A stretch of DNA of 63,230 bases, filler included, from Chlamydiia bacterium (GCA_903848235.1; 10 parts of 10 records of this genome joined end to end with filler, not necessarily neighbours in it), one strand, 5' to 3'. Positions 29,469 through 39,301 are shown, counted from the first letter of the whole stretch. Translations and numbers: made by a program. Notes: a model not told the origin generated them from the letters alone.

Positions 29469-29602
29469 GGCACTACGGCCGAAGAAAGGCGGTTTCCTAC
29501 GCCCCTTCGGCTGCGGTTGGTTCATCAGGGAATTCCTCATAGGTAACGGCCCCTTCGATGCTCCTAGGATCGATCCCGCTATCGGTGCACCACAGTCCGA
29601 GA
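29461..29602 (+). CDS. hypothetical protein coupled to the tyrosine recombinase, truncated
   Basis: GTG overlaps the recombinase 3' end; MAEALRPKKGGFLRPFGCGWFIREFL... Confidence 0.65.
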
Positions 29603-29843
29603 NNNNNNNNNNNNNNNNNNNNNNNNNNNNNNNNNNNNNNNNNNNNTTAATTAATTAANNNNNNNNNNNNNNNNNNNNNNNNNNNNNNNNNNNNNNNNNN
29701 NNAAGATACGTCTCTCGTAGATTGTGTGGCTGATTTTCCGACTTCGTCGCTTAGATTTGGCACCCAGCTTTAGGGAACTTCTCCTGTAGAAGCATTCCTT
29801 GCTTCTTGGTCAAGGCTGCTCAAATTTACAGCGGGAATTGCTG

Positions 29844-29880
29844 AGATATGTCCATATTTTATCGAGCAGTTACTAGCCCT
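29844..29880. repeat. terminal fragment of repeat family A
   Basis: AGATATGTCCATATTTTATCGAGCAGTTACTAGCCCT, one mismatch to 6359-6395. Confidence 0.85.
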
Positions 29881-29914
29881 AAAAGATGCACACGACTGCG
29901 ACAAAATGGGATCT

Positions 29915-30175
29915 CTACTTCTTGTAGACATTTTTTCTGTCGCCAATATCCAGAACGGATATGAGCTTTTTCCTATCGTCGACGCTGTAAATGACCCTGT
30001 AGTCTCCAACAGAGATTCTGAAGCCGGATCGGCTCTTTAGCTTCTCTGTCCACCTGGGGCGCGGGTCTTCTGCAAGAGAATCGATCTTGTCGACAATGCG
30101 TTTAGCCTCCTTTTTCTGAATGGCAGCCAGACTATCTTTTGCTGAAGGCATGACTTCGATGGCGTATTTTGTCAC
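29915..30175 (-). CDS. RelE/ParE-family toxin
   Basis: LAEDPRP...KL...FRISVGDYRVIY...IGDRKNVY. Confidence 0.9.
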   Translation of the reverse strand: MTKYAIEVMPSAKDSLAAIQKKEAKRIVDKIDSLAEDPRPRWTEKLKSRSGFRISVGDYRVIYSVDDRKKLISVLDIGDRKNVYKK

Positions 30176-30420
30176 AGTCCAAGTTCCCTGCGAACTGATT
30201 CAAGAGACTCTCCTTTGCCTTCGGCCACCTCTTTCATTCCCTTGTCATATGCCAACGCGTCTCGCCCTTCTTCTCTTGCGTCAAGCTTTTCTTCGATAGC
30301 TTTAGTGACGAACGCGTGCATGGAAATCCCGTCTTCAGCGCACCCAATCTTGAGATGGCGATGCATGTCTGGAAGCATGTCGAGTGTAAATCTGATGGTT
30401 TTTTGTTGATGAATGGACAC
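30172..30420 (-). CDS. RHH-type antitoxin (RelB-like)
   Basis: RFTLDM..DMHRHLK...GISM; SLESVRRELGL tail; GTGA overlap with the toxin; start uncertain. Confidence 0.8.
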   Translation of the reverse strand: MSIHQQKTIRFTLDMLPDMHRHLKIGCAEDGISMHAFVTKAIEEKLDAREEGRDALAYDKGMKEVAEGKGESLESVRRELGL

Positions 30421-30571
30421 GGCTTTCTCCTGTATATTGCTCGTCTCACTATACCTGATTGCAGCATTTAAGTAAAAAAAGTTGGCACCCATTGACTAGA
30501 ACCGGGAATCTCTAAGTAGCTGCTACAGCGCAACATTTTCTCGGATCATTAGAACAACCGGAAGAACAACC

Positions 30572-30677
30572 ATGTGGTAGAGGAGCCGATTGCTCGGCCC
30601 CCCTGCCGGGTAGAAAGCCGCGCACGCAGCTCCTTCTACCCGGCGGGGAGCTTGAGTAATCGGCTCCTCTACCACAT
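30572..30677. repeat. REPIN-like hairpin (inverted pair of GTAG-type REPs)
   Basis: ATGTGGTAGAGGAGCCGATTGCTC...GAGTAATCGGCTCCTCTACCACAT; each arm is GTAG plus its own small palindrome. Confidence 0.8.
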
Positions 30678-30852
30678 ACCTACAACAAACCCGATATCAG
30701 TGTTAGGGCAATTTAGAAATTTCTAACCTGCTCAATCAGGAAATTTCTACTTTGCTCCACAAGATTCGCTGGATTTCTTCTATTGTAATCAACAAATGTG
30801 TATAGTTTTCAACTATTGTTGTTGGTTTGTTGAATTATTTTGGCGGTAATAA

Positions 30853-33800
30853 ATGTTCGTTGATTGTGGTTTTGTTGTTGGTGATCTTCCATGCTCTTGC
30901 CCTCCGGCTCTAACTTCAATAGTGACGACCGAAAGGAAAGGAATTCGGGAGACGTATGAGGAAAATAGAAAAAAAATTGGAGATTTCACATATTCACGCG
31001 TCTCAACCGATGATGCCTTCAAGGTGGCTCTTCTTGTGCCCATCGTCGCGGAGCGTCTTCTTCGGCCAGATGGAGAGATAGATGCCGGTGTGTTAGAAGA
31101 GGTTCGCCATGAACTTATTCCGGGAGATAGGATTGAAGAGTCTATCGAGCGGATGTTAGAGAAGATTGCGATCTGTCAACCATTTCTGGCGAAGATGAGA
31201 GAGGTTCGTGCCTCTGGGAGCGTCACGGAGAAGGCGATTGTCAATATCACATTGCGAAGAGATGCCGCACATCCGATTTCCGATACTGATGTTCGCTGTG
31301 CTCTTTTGGCTCACTGTCTAGCACCTGCCGTTGGGACGAATCTTGTTGATCTGGCATGGGAGGAGAAAACTCTTTGTATAGAGCACACCCTTGATGATCT
31401 CCAATCACTTTTGAATCATGGTTGTATAGAACGGACTGTTTTGGGGCAGAAATACCGTTTTTTCGGAAAAAAATCGAAGTCGTTTCTAGACGAGATTCGC
31501 GATGGTCCCACATCGATGAACTCTCCTGGATGCGATTCATGTTCTGTCATCTATCCTCCGTTGGTTGACCAGTGGAAAAACGCTGTCCTGAGTATGGAGT
31601 GCTTGCCGAGCTCTCTTATGGTAAATAGACCTGAATGGAGAACGCTCTTCTACCAAGGACTATCAAAGGCTCTGTGTGATGCCGCCCTTGCACTTCATAG
31701 AGACGATGTTGCGCAACAGTATCAAGACGCTTATGTTCTTCTGACAGCTCATCTATACATAACCAATTCCGCCGATGTCATTATTAAAAGACAGGAGCTG
31801 GAGTGCCTAAGCCGCTTTCGCGTGTGCTGCGGCGAGGCTCAAAACCCCATGCTGTGCGTTCAAGAGGGTGACGATATTGTAGAATGTGATTCGGCGGACT
31901 TATTTGTTAAATGTGCGAAAAAAGTTTTGCTCGATATGTGTGGCTCCGTTAATCAAAGTGATTGGAGTCGTATATCGTCCGATGGATCAACAACGATTGA
32001 AGATTGCTTAATCACAGCACTACGAGCCCTCTACAGCAGCTGTCCTGCCGCTGATCCATGGGGGATGCCAGTGATTATTTTTCCAATGGCTCTTGGGGCG
32101 ATGACAGAAGGGGTTCTTCGCGTTGGTTTGGTGCCAGGAACGTTTCACCACGTGGCTCTGTGTGCTCAATGGCTTCGGGGACACTATCCCTATTCATTTA
32201 TCCCATCAGGATCGAAAGCATTATTACTACGAGAGCCTTCTCTCGTGAGCGCGAGTGAACACTACGCCGATTTGGTAAAAAAAACCGATGAGTTATTGAA
32301 CGCGAATGATCAAAAAATTCAACTCGCTGTGCTCACCCGTTTTTATCAGGTGCTTGTATCTCTTGTGGTCGCTCGCCAGGGGATAAAACTGATAACGTTG
32401 GATATGTGTAAAGCAACTTTGATGGTGTTGGTTAAATCATCGATGCACCCACTGCAGAAAACGCTTCGTGAAATGGTCCAAAAAGCTGAAGAAATAACAA
32501 GAATTCTATTGACTGAAGCGGAGGTGCAACGACTGGACGAAGTTGTGTTGAATTCTCTTTATGAACTTCAGAAAGATGCGGTAGAACAGACTCTTGTCAA
32601 GTTCGCACAGAGGAACAACAATGGATTGTATTTTTGGCTAGGTCCTATTGGGGGCGAATGTCAAGTAGAATATTGTCGGTCATCTTTCGCTTTTTCTGTA
32701 TTAAAAAAAACGTCGATTTCATGGTCTTTTGCTGGAGACATGCAACAGTCGCCAGAATTGAGAGAAGCCAGTGCTATTCAACAGATATTACTCGATAAAG
32801 GGCTTGAAGGGTGTTCCCTTGACTGCGCCTCGACAGGTACAGCTCCGCTTGGTCCAGATATCCCGAAAGGCGAGCATCTCATTTCCGCACTCCAACCAGT
32901 GCCGGTCGGCATTACCTGTAGTATTACGGAGGCTCGTCGGAAATTTCTGTCTGATATGGACGGTCCTGAGGAGGTGCTCGTAGATGCTGTTGCCAAACAA
33001 TTACAGGCAAGGAAAGAGGCTTGGCCGCTAGGGTGCCGAATGGTAGAGGAGGCCGGTATTCCTCTCTCTCTTATACGAATGTATCGGTTTCCATATCTTA
33101 TCGCCGATGCGCTCGTGCTTCCTGATGGTGAGTATAACTGGGGTTTGATCGATGACGTTATTCGTGAGCTTACTTCACAAACGAGGGTGCGTGACGATGC
33201 AGACGGTGAAATCATCAGCATGCTCTATCGCTTTCAGAGTGATTTGAGGCTGAAAACCGCTTTGGAGTCAATACCAGTGCCGACAAGAGACGACTCTTGC
33301 ACTCTTATTCGACGATCATTGCACATGGAAGAATCAAGTCAGGTGAGTCTTCGTGATGTCCGTCACGTCTGCCTTGCCGTTTGTTTGACATGTGTTAGGC
33401 AATGTTTTGCGCCTGATTGCTATCTCTTCTCAAAAGTAAGCTCGATCAAAGATTGTCATCCTGAAGTTATGCTTAGTCATTTCAAAGATTTAATGATGAC
33501 TGGAGGTATCCGTGGATATGACCAGAGTGTTGCCACTGGGGGCCTCTCGGAGTCGCGTCAGCATGTGACGGACGATCAAGAGGTGCTGTTTCGTTCATTT
33601 CCTTCGTCGAGTTCCGTCACGGTCAAAAATGTGCGGCGTTATATTGCGAAGCCTTGTGTGCAAAAACAGCTCCAGTCGGACGGCATAGCGCCCGAGCTGT
33701 TTCTAGAGAAGGCGCTGACACTGATTCGAGAAAAAGGCGTGATTTCAATGCAGGAACTACTTGCCATGGCGGGTGTTTCGAAAGAGCTCTATCGGCAATT

Positions 33801-35079
33801 TGTCAGTGCGACTGAATGTCCTCTGTTCGAAATGTGGGAACTTGCTCTTGGAGGGGTTTTGTTCCCTCCTGCGACTGTCAACATTGATCCTATTGAGAAG
33901 CTTCGCAAGGAGTGGACAGAGAAATTGTTGGTTTGCTGCTATTCAGAGGCAAAACGCCTTCGCCTCACACTATTAGCATCGCGCCTGTATGGCATGTTGC
34001 GGACGGTCGAAGGGAATCAAGAGGGGATGGACCCACTGTTCTGCTGTTTGAACAGCATTCGGCATGGGTTGCGATTTGATACAGAGGGACTGTACTGGGT
34101 TCCATATACTATGCGCGCGAACAATCCCAGCCTGATTCTACCAGACGATAGGAACGCGTTTGAAGGACTGTTCTTAGATCTGTGCGAATCTGTGTACAAA
34201 GATGGATCAGAGCTTACTCTTGCTAGAGAACAGATGCAACGGCCGACATACCAAGAGTGTTTCGAAGAAGCTGTTCATTATCAGGTGACGCCGGCAGGCG
34301 TCACGTTCGGGGAGTGTCGGACATTGCATTCGTCGATGTTTCAGAAAGCGTTAGCTCACTGGATTCCATCAGGGCCCGTGAATGTACATATTCAACAGGT
34401 AGCTCTGTGGCTTGAAGAAGGGGATAAAACAGCGAGGGTCTTCGTGGAGATTGTATCGCATTCTGCTTCGCAGAGTATGTGGAGAGGGATTACTGCTGTT
34501 ATGGGAAACTCAGGACATGCTTTCCGGGTTTTACCGAACCATCCTCGGTGTACTGACAGAGGGCTTGACCTGGCGAAGCAGTTGCAGGTCAGTATGTGGG
34601 AGAGGTTGTGGAAGCCAGAGTCGCACTTGGCTTCTATAGTATCTCAGAAGATTCAAGCTATGGTAGAGCTGCGTTTTCCGAAGGAGAAGGATCTTTTAGC
34701 GGCTGTTTCGATAGAGATCAATAAGGAGCCTTCTTCTGGAGTGAGAAGAAGAAATCGTGAAGTGCTACTCGACGTTATGACTCGAGTTAGAGAAGTTGTG
34801 AAACGTCGATTCAATGACCGGGAGTTGCGATGCATAGAACTCGCGGCTTTTCGAGGTATATCGACTGATTATCCGCAAGAGTCTGTTTTCACGTTTATTC
34901 CGTTTGCTGACACGAACTGGATGAAGAGAAAGGGTTCTGAGGTCGAAAAAATAGTGTATGGTTTTTACTTTAGTCCATTGTCAGGATCCTGGAGGATAGC
35001 GACGGCCTCCAGATTAGAGATCGAGGATACCTTTGAACAAATTCCCGCCAAACTTTTGCAGATAGAAACCCCTGTGTAA
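30853..35079 (+). CDS. 1408-aa protein with two tandem homologous domains; the second has papain-like Cys/His/Asp motifs
   Basis: Internal duplication (LLRPDGE/LVLPDGE; SDTDVRCALLA/SLRDVRHVCLA; PLVDQW/PLFEMW); RQCFAPDC, SGHAF, FADTNW. Confidence 0.85.
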   Translation: MFVDCGFVVGDLPCSCPPALTSIVTTERKGIRETYEENRKKIGDFTYSRVSTDDAFKVALLVPIVAERLLRPDGEIDAGVLEEVRHELIPGDRIEESIERMLEKIAICQPFLAKMREVRASGSVTEKAIVNITLRRDAAHPISDTDVRCALLAHCLAPAVGTNLVDLAWEEKTLCIEHTLDDLQSLLNHGCIERTVLGQKYRFFGKKSKSFLDEIRDGPTSMNSPGCDSCSVIYPPLVDQWKNAVLSMECLPSSLMVNRPEWRTLFYQGLSKALCDAALALHRDDVAQQYQDAYVLLTAHLYITNSADVIIKRQELECLSRFRVCCGEAQNPMLCVQEGDDIVECDSADLFVKCAKKVLLDMCGSVNQSDWSRISSDGSTTIEDCLITALRALYSSCPAADPWGMPVIIFPMALGAMTEGVLRVGLVPGTFHHVALCAQWLRGHYPYSFIPSGSKALLLREPSLVSASEHYADLVKKTDELLNANDQKIQLAVLTRFYQVLVSLVVARQGIKLITLDMCKATLMVLVKSSMHPLQKTLREMVQKAEEITRILLTEAEVQRLDEVVLNSLYELQKDAVEQTLVKFAQRNNNGLYFWLGPIGGECQVEYCRSSFAFSVLKKTSISWSFAGDMQQSPELREASAIQQILLDKGLEGCSLDCASTGTAPLGPDIPKGEHLISALQPVPVGITCSITEARRKFLSDMDGPEEVLVDAVAKQLQARKEAWPLGCRMVEEAGIPLSLIRMYRFPYLIADALVLPDGEYNWGLIDDVIRELTSQTRVRDDADGEIISMLYRFQSDLRLKTALESIPVPTRDDSCTLIRRSLHMEESSQVSLRDVRHVCLAVCLTCVRQCFAPDCYLFSKVSSIKDCHPEVMLSHFKDLMMTGGIRGYDQSVATGGLSESRQHVTDDQEVLFRSFPSSSSVTVKNVRRYIAKPCVQKQLQSDGIAPELFLEKALTLIREKGVISMQELLAMAGVSKELYRQFVSATECPLFEMWELALGGVLFPPATVNIDPIEKLRKEWTEKLLVCCYSEAKRLRLTLLASRLYGMLRTVEGNQEGMDPLFCCLNSIRHGLRFDTEGLYWVPYTMRANNPSLILPDDRNAFEGLFLDLCESVYKDGSELTLAREQMQRPTYQECFEEAVHYQVTPAGVTFGECRTLHSSMFQKALAHWIPSGPVNVHIQQVALWLEEGDKTARVFVEIVSHSASQSMWRGITAVMGNSGHAFRVLPNHPRCTDRGLDLAKQLQVSMWERLWKPESHLASIVSQKIQAMVELRFPKEKDLLAAVSIEINKEPSSGVRRRNREVLLDVMTRVREVVKRRFNDRELRCIELAAFRGISTDYPQESVFTFIPFADTNWMKRKGSEVEKIVYGFYFSPLSGSWRIATASRLEIEDTFEQIPAKLLQIETPV

Positions 35080-35083
35080 ACGG

Positions 35084-35130
35084 TAGAGGCTTTTTCAAAA
35101 CTAGCGGGCACGCTCTGCTCGCGTCGGCTA
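35084..35130. repeat. left end of repeat family C at contig break
   Basis: TAGAGGCTTTTTCAAAA followed by CGCTCTGC, as at 36687. Confidence 0.6.
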
Positions 35131-35230
35131 NNNNNNNNNNNNNNNNNNNNNNNNNNNNNNNNNNNNNNNNNNNNTTAATTAATTAANNNNNNNNNNNNNN
35201 NNNNNNNNNNNNNNNNNNNNNNNNNNNNNN

Positions 35231-35340
35231 AGCTAAATGAATTTCTCAGGAAGGGTGAAAATACCCATTCCTTCGAAATTCAGTACGCTGTGGTTTGCTT
35301 CTCCCGCGAAGAGAGGGTCCAAAAATTTGCAAAGTCGAGT
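35231..35340. repeat. palindromic repeat family B, partial copy at contig start
   Basis: Near identical to the 3' part of 35995-36160. Confidence 0.9.
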
Positions 35341-35522
35341 TTAAGACAGCCCCTAAGACAGAGACCGCATTTCTAGAAAGTGAGAATGGTGAATCTTTTT
35401 TTGCCATGGACAGAAAGCAATTCTTACGCTTACCTTTTGGCATTCACTAAATTTCTTACGTCTGTTAACACCTTGCGCAGCTGGACTTTTTAACAAACAT
35501 TTCAAACCATGGAATAAAAAAA

Positions 35523-35948
35523 ATGAGCGCCTTTGTACAATCAATGCAAGTAACTGGTGGTTTTCAAATCGGAAACCTTTCCGATTCATTTCAACCAACC
35601 TGTGAAGCGATATTGCAGACCGACGTCCCCGGTTTTCCTAATAGACTCTATACGGATACTTGCTCTGAAATAACATCCCACATAGCCTCAGCGTCCGTCG
35701 CAGACCTGGTGACGCGCAGCATGTTCCTAGGCGTTGGAACGTACTGTATGACAAAAGGCGTCTCTACCATTAGCAAAGCTAGCTCCGCACATACATGGAG
35801 CAAAACTCTAGGGCAAGCAGCTCGTGGATCGATGACGTTGGCATGTGGGGTTGCGATGACTGCTTACGCCGTCCTCTTACCCTTCGACCCAGTTCCATAT
35901 GATACCGGCGCTGCACATGACGATTTGTTGGCAGCCCTACCTCACTGA
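35523..35948 (+). CDS. hypothetical protein with two hydrophobic segments
   Basis: 141-aa ORF after an AT-rich leader, followed by a hairpin. Confidence 0.6.
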   Translation: MSAFVQSMQVTGGFQIGNLSDSFQPTCEAILQTDVPGFPNRLYTDTCSEITSHIASASVADLVTRSMFLGVGTYCMTKGVSTISKASSAHTWSKTLGQAARGSMTLACGVAMTAYAVLLPFDPVPYDTGAAHDDLLAALPH

Positions 35949-35964
35949 GCGCACACTCCTGGCC

Positions 35965-35997
35965 GTAAGAGCCTAAATCTTTCTTTTAGGCTCTTAC
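35965..35997. terminator. stem-loop after 35523-35948
   Basis: GTAAGAGCCTAAA-TCTTTCT-TTTAGGCTCTTAC, 13-bp perfect stem. Confidence 0.55.
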
Positions 35998-36160
35998 CTC
36001 GACTTTGCAAATTTTGGACCCTCTCTTCGAGGAAGAAGCTTCCCACAGCTAAATGAATTTCTCAGAAAGGGTGAAAATACCCATTCCTTCGAAATTTCAG
36101 TACGCTGTGGTTTGCTTCTCCCGCGAAGAGAGGGTCCAAAAATTTGCAAAGTCGAGCTTA
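35995..36160. repeat. palindromic repeat family B, full copy
   Basis: CTCGACTTTGCAAATTTTGGACCCTCTCTTCG...CGAAGAGAGGGTCCAAAAATTTGCAAAGTCGAG. Confidence 0.92.
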
Positions 36161-36164
36161 CCTG

Positions 36165-36524
36165 TTACTTTCCGAAGATCATATTAAGAGAAATCAGCAG
36201 TAAGCAGACCCCAAAGAGCTTCTGCAGCAATGGCTCAGAGAAATGCTGAATATAATTGGCGCCGACCCACCCGCCAAAGAAAAACCCACAGCAGATAAAA
36301 GCGGCAGCCGGAATATTTACACTCCCTGCCTGCCAGTATCGAATAGCAGCAAGAAGCCCTATCGGAGGGACCATGGCTGCTAACGTCGTCCCTTGCGCCT
36401 GATGCTGTGTGAAGCTGAATAGATACACCATGACGGGGATGAGAATGGTGCCTCCCCCAATACCAAACATCCCGCTGAGCGCTCCAGCGATGAATCCAAA
36501 AAATATTAAGAACCAATGCTGCAT
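36165..36524 (-). CDS. TauE/SafE (TSUP) family half-size transporter
   Basis: AGALSGMFGIGGG, QHQAQGTTLA. Confidence 0.88.
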   Translation of the reverse strand: MQHWFLIFFGFIAGALSGMFGIGGGTILIPVMVYLFSFTQHQAQGTTLAAMVPPIGLLAAIRYWQAGSVNIPAAAFICCGFFFGGWVGANYIQHFSEPLLQKLFGVCLLLISLNMIFGK

Positions 36525-36686
36525 GATTGCTGTCCCTGTTCTTGTGTGTAACCGCTCAGGAATTGCGTGAAAGCTCGTTGTAATGATTGCCAGAAATTCT
36601 TTCAACGCCTTTACTGCAAAAGTCGTCCTTACATTCACTCCCTTTTCTTTTGCTCTGAGCAAAAAAGATATGATATCCTTAGATTT

Positions 36687-36760
36687 TAGAGGCTTTTGCA
36701 AAGCGAGCAACGCGCTCTGCGAACTCGATGCCCAAAAAATGCTAGAGTCCAGCTAAAACC
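36687..36760. repeat. repeat family C, degenerate copy
   Basis: TAGAGGCTTTTGCAAA and CGCTCTGCGAACTCGATGCCCAAAAAATGCTAGAGTCCAG, matching 45780 and 45944. Confidence 0.8.
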
Positions 36761-36779
36761 AAGAACATAGGATCCGCGT

Positions 36780-37508
36780 GTGCAGTATTCCGTGATCATC
36801 CCTGCTCATAATGAAGCAGAAAACCTCCCCCCTCTCCTTCACGAACTCGACGAAGTGATGGCATCCCTCTGCGACAGCTGGGAAGTGATCGTAGTCGATG
36901 ATGCCTCTACCGATGAAACATGGAACACCCTGAAGGCTCTCCTGCATACGTCTCTTCAGCTCAAGGGAATACAACTCAAACAACAGTCTGGCCAGACAGC
37001 AGCGCTCCTTGCCGGGATCCGAGAAGCACAAGGGGAGATTCTGATTACCCTCGACGGCGATGGTCAAAACGACCCTCACGACATCCCCCTTCTTCTCACC
37101 GCTCTTCAGGATGCGGATTGTGTCAGCGGACGCAGGATAAACCGTCAAGATAGCTGGGATAAAAAACTCACCTCTTCCTTGGCAAATGGCATGCGGCGCT
37201 ATCTCCTCGGTGATACAATTCACGATACCGGCTGCTCGTTGAAAGCCTTCCGCACTTCCTGCTTTGAAAAAATCAAACTATTCCGCGGCATGCATCGCTT
37301 TCTGCCTTCCTTACTGATGATTGAAGGGTATCAAGTACTGGAAATCCCTGTCTCCCATCGATTGCGAAAGGCGGGGAAAAGTAACTATTCACTCCTCAAC
37401 AGAGGATTTTCAACGATCAGCGATCTGTTAGCTGTATGGTGGATGAAACGGCGTCATATACAGCCTGAAATAGCCCAACGGCTCCACTCAGTGGAAGGCA
37501 GCGTATGA
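36780..37508 (+). CDS. GT2 polyprenol-phosphate glycosyltransferase (ArnC/DPM synthase-like)
   Basis: SVIIPAHNE, VVDDASTD, LDGDGQNDP, DTGCSLK, MHRFLP. Confidence 0.92.
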   Translation: MQYSVIIPAHNEAENLPPLLHELDEVMASLCDSWEVIVVDDASTDETWNTLKALLHTSLQLKGIQLKQQSGQTAALLAGIREAQGEILITLDGDGQNDPHDIPLLLTALQDADCVSGRRINRQDSWDKKLTSSLANGMRRYLLGDTIHDTGCSLKAFRTSCFEKIKLFRGMHRFLPSLLMIEGYQVLEIPVSHRLRKAGKSNYSLLNRGFSTISDLLAVWWMKRRHIQPEIAQRLHSVEGSV

Positions 37509-39301
37509 CACCAGAACAGATTGACAACCTCCGCTCATGGCTGTATCCGTTCGGCTTTTTGTCATCACTAGCCTTTAGTCTTCGCTTTCTTGTGCAATGG
37601 TGGAAAAGTGAACGCGCAGGACGGTCAGTCGTCCCACAATCTTTCTGGGTTCTCTCGTGCATCGGCAATGCCGCAGTCGCTGTCCACTCCCTCATCCAAC
37701 TCCACTTTCCTATCTATCTCATTCAATCTCAACAGCTTGTACTGTCATGGCGCAACCTCAACCTCATGGGGAAAAAGCCATGGCCGTTGAAAAAATTCGT
37801 CTTCCTCCTCGTTTCGTCAGCACTTTTCGCTACTCTGCTCTTTGCCACCCAAAGCGCACTGCTCCCTACAGCATCGTTCGGCTGGATCCGAGCTCCTCGC
37901 GTCAATTCCTCATCGCAAGAGGTTGGCTTTTGGATCCATTGCATGGGAACTCTTGGCATCGCAGCATTTTCATTTCGCTTTTGGCTTCAGTGGTGGGAAG
38001 CAGAGCAACAGGGCAAAAGCGTTCTGTCAGAACCTTTCTGGTGGATTAGCATCATTGGCACCGCAATTGCAGGCGTCTATTTCTTCCTGCTCTCTGACTG
38101 GGTTAATCTGATAGGCCCTCTGTGCTCTATCATCCCCTACTCCCGAAACCTCGTCCTTCTGCGCCGTGAAAAAACAGAACACTGTGACATTGTGATCCTC
38201 GCTGGTGAGACAAGCGGAGACATCTTAGGAGAAACAATCGCTCGCGAGCTGCTCCTCCGCAACCCATCGCTCACAATCTGCGGTGTTGCTGGCCCTGCAA
38301 TGCGGAAGGCGGGTGTGACACCCTGGTTTCGGACAGAGGCGTTTCATGTCATGGGAATCATCGACGTGGTAAAAAAAGCGCCGTTCTTATTTTACTCTCT
38401 TCACTCTCTGCTCCATCATATCCTCAGAACCCACCCTTCAGCGGTGATCTGCATCGATCAGCCATCGCTTAGCATAGCACTTGCAAAACGGCTGCAAAGC
38501 AGAGGCTATACAGGGAAGCTCATCCAAGTTGTAGCGCCAACCGTCTGGGCATATGCCCCAGAGCGAGTAGAGAAGTTCGCTCGATACTTCGACCTCATCT
38601 TGCCGCTTTATCGCTTCGAGCTCGACTATTTTCGTAATAAGATCGACGCAGTATGGGTCGGCCATCCAGCAGCAGAGCTTGCCATCCAGCAGCCATCGCG
38701 ACAGGAGAAGAAAACAACGCTCTCTTTGTTTCCAGGAAGCAGGCCTGGCGAGATACGCAGGAACCTCCCTCTGCAGCTGCAGGCAGCAGCGCTCATCACC
38801 AAGCTTCATCCTGAAATCACTGTTGCCATCTCTGTCTGTAGCTCTATGAAAAATACGATTGTACGCTCCGCACGGAAGACGCTCGGCGAGGGGTGTCAGT
38901 TTGTGGACTTCGCTGACCGCTTCCTCCTCATGGGGCGCTCAGCAGCAGCTATCGCCAAATCCGGAACTGTCACTCTTGAGCTAGCGCTCTTCAATGTCCC
39001 CACAGTATGCTGCTATCAGACAGGAGCTATCACCCGCTGGTGGGCAAGCACTATTCTTAAACTATCACCGCGGCACTTCGCGCTCCCCAATATCCTCATC
39101 GGCCGCGAAGTTGTTCCTGAATGTATCATCCCCCCCGTCACCCCTCACGATGTATTTCAGGCCATCAATCCATATATCACGGGTGAGAAAGTCCTCCCCA
39201 ATGATATGACTGAGAAATTACGCTTTCAGATTGATGCGGGCGCAAAGATCGGCGTCTTGGTAGCACAGGCGGTAGAAACTACACTCCAAAGGCATCGATG
39301 A
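37505..39301 (+). CDS. lpxB: lipid-A-disaccharide synthase with two N-terminal LAB_N-type membrane domains
   Basis: RFLVQWWKSE and RFWLQWWEAE repeats; AGETSGD, PTVWA, VGHP, FPGSR, KSGTVTLE. Confidence 0.93.
   Translation: MTPEQIDNLRSWLYPFGFLSSLAFSLRFLVQWWKSERAGRSVVPQSFWVLSCIGNAAVAVHSLIQLHFPIYLIQSQQLVLSWRNLNLMGKKPWPLKKFVFLLVSSALFATLLFATQSALLPTASFGWIRAPRVNSSSQEVGFWIHCMGTLGIAAFSFRFWLQWWEAEQQGKSVLSEPFWWISIIGTAIAGVYFFLLSDWVNLIGPLCSIIPYSRNLVLLRREKTEHCDIVILAGETSGDILGETIARELLLRNPSLTICGVAGPAMRKAGVTPWFRTEAFHVMGIIDVVKKAPFLFYSLHSLLHHILRTHPSAVICIDQPSLSIALAKRLQSRGYTGKLIQVVAPTVWAYAPERVEKFARYFDLILPLYRFELDYFRNKIDAVWVGHPAAELAIQQPSRQEKKTTLSLFPGSRPGEIRRNLPLQLQAAALITKLHPEITVAISVCSSMKNTIVRSARKTLGEGCQFVDFADRFLLMGRSAAAIAKSGTVTLELALFNVPTVCCYQTGAITRWWASTILKLSPRHFALPNILIGREVVPECIIPPVTPHDVFQAINPYITGEKVLPNDMTEKLRFQIDAGAKIGVLVAQAVETTLQRHR

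Larger units (their letters stand above)
25393..29602. mobile_element. left arm of a genomic island integrated at tRNA-Leu(TAG)
   Basis: Serine integrase converging on the tRNA 3' end, divergent HTH/RHH genes and a second (tyrosine) recombinase; right end lost at contig break. Confidence 0.85.
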
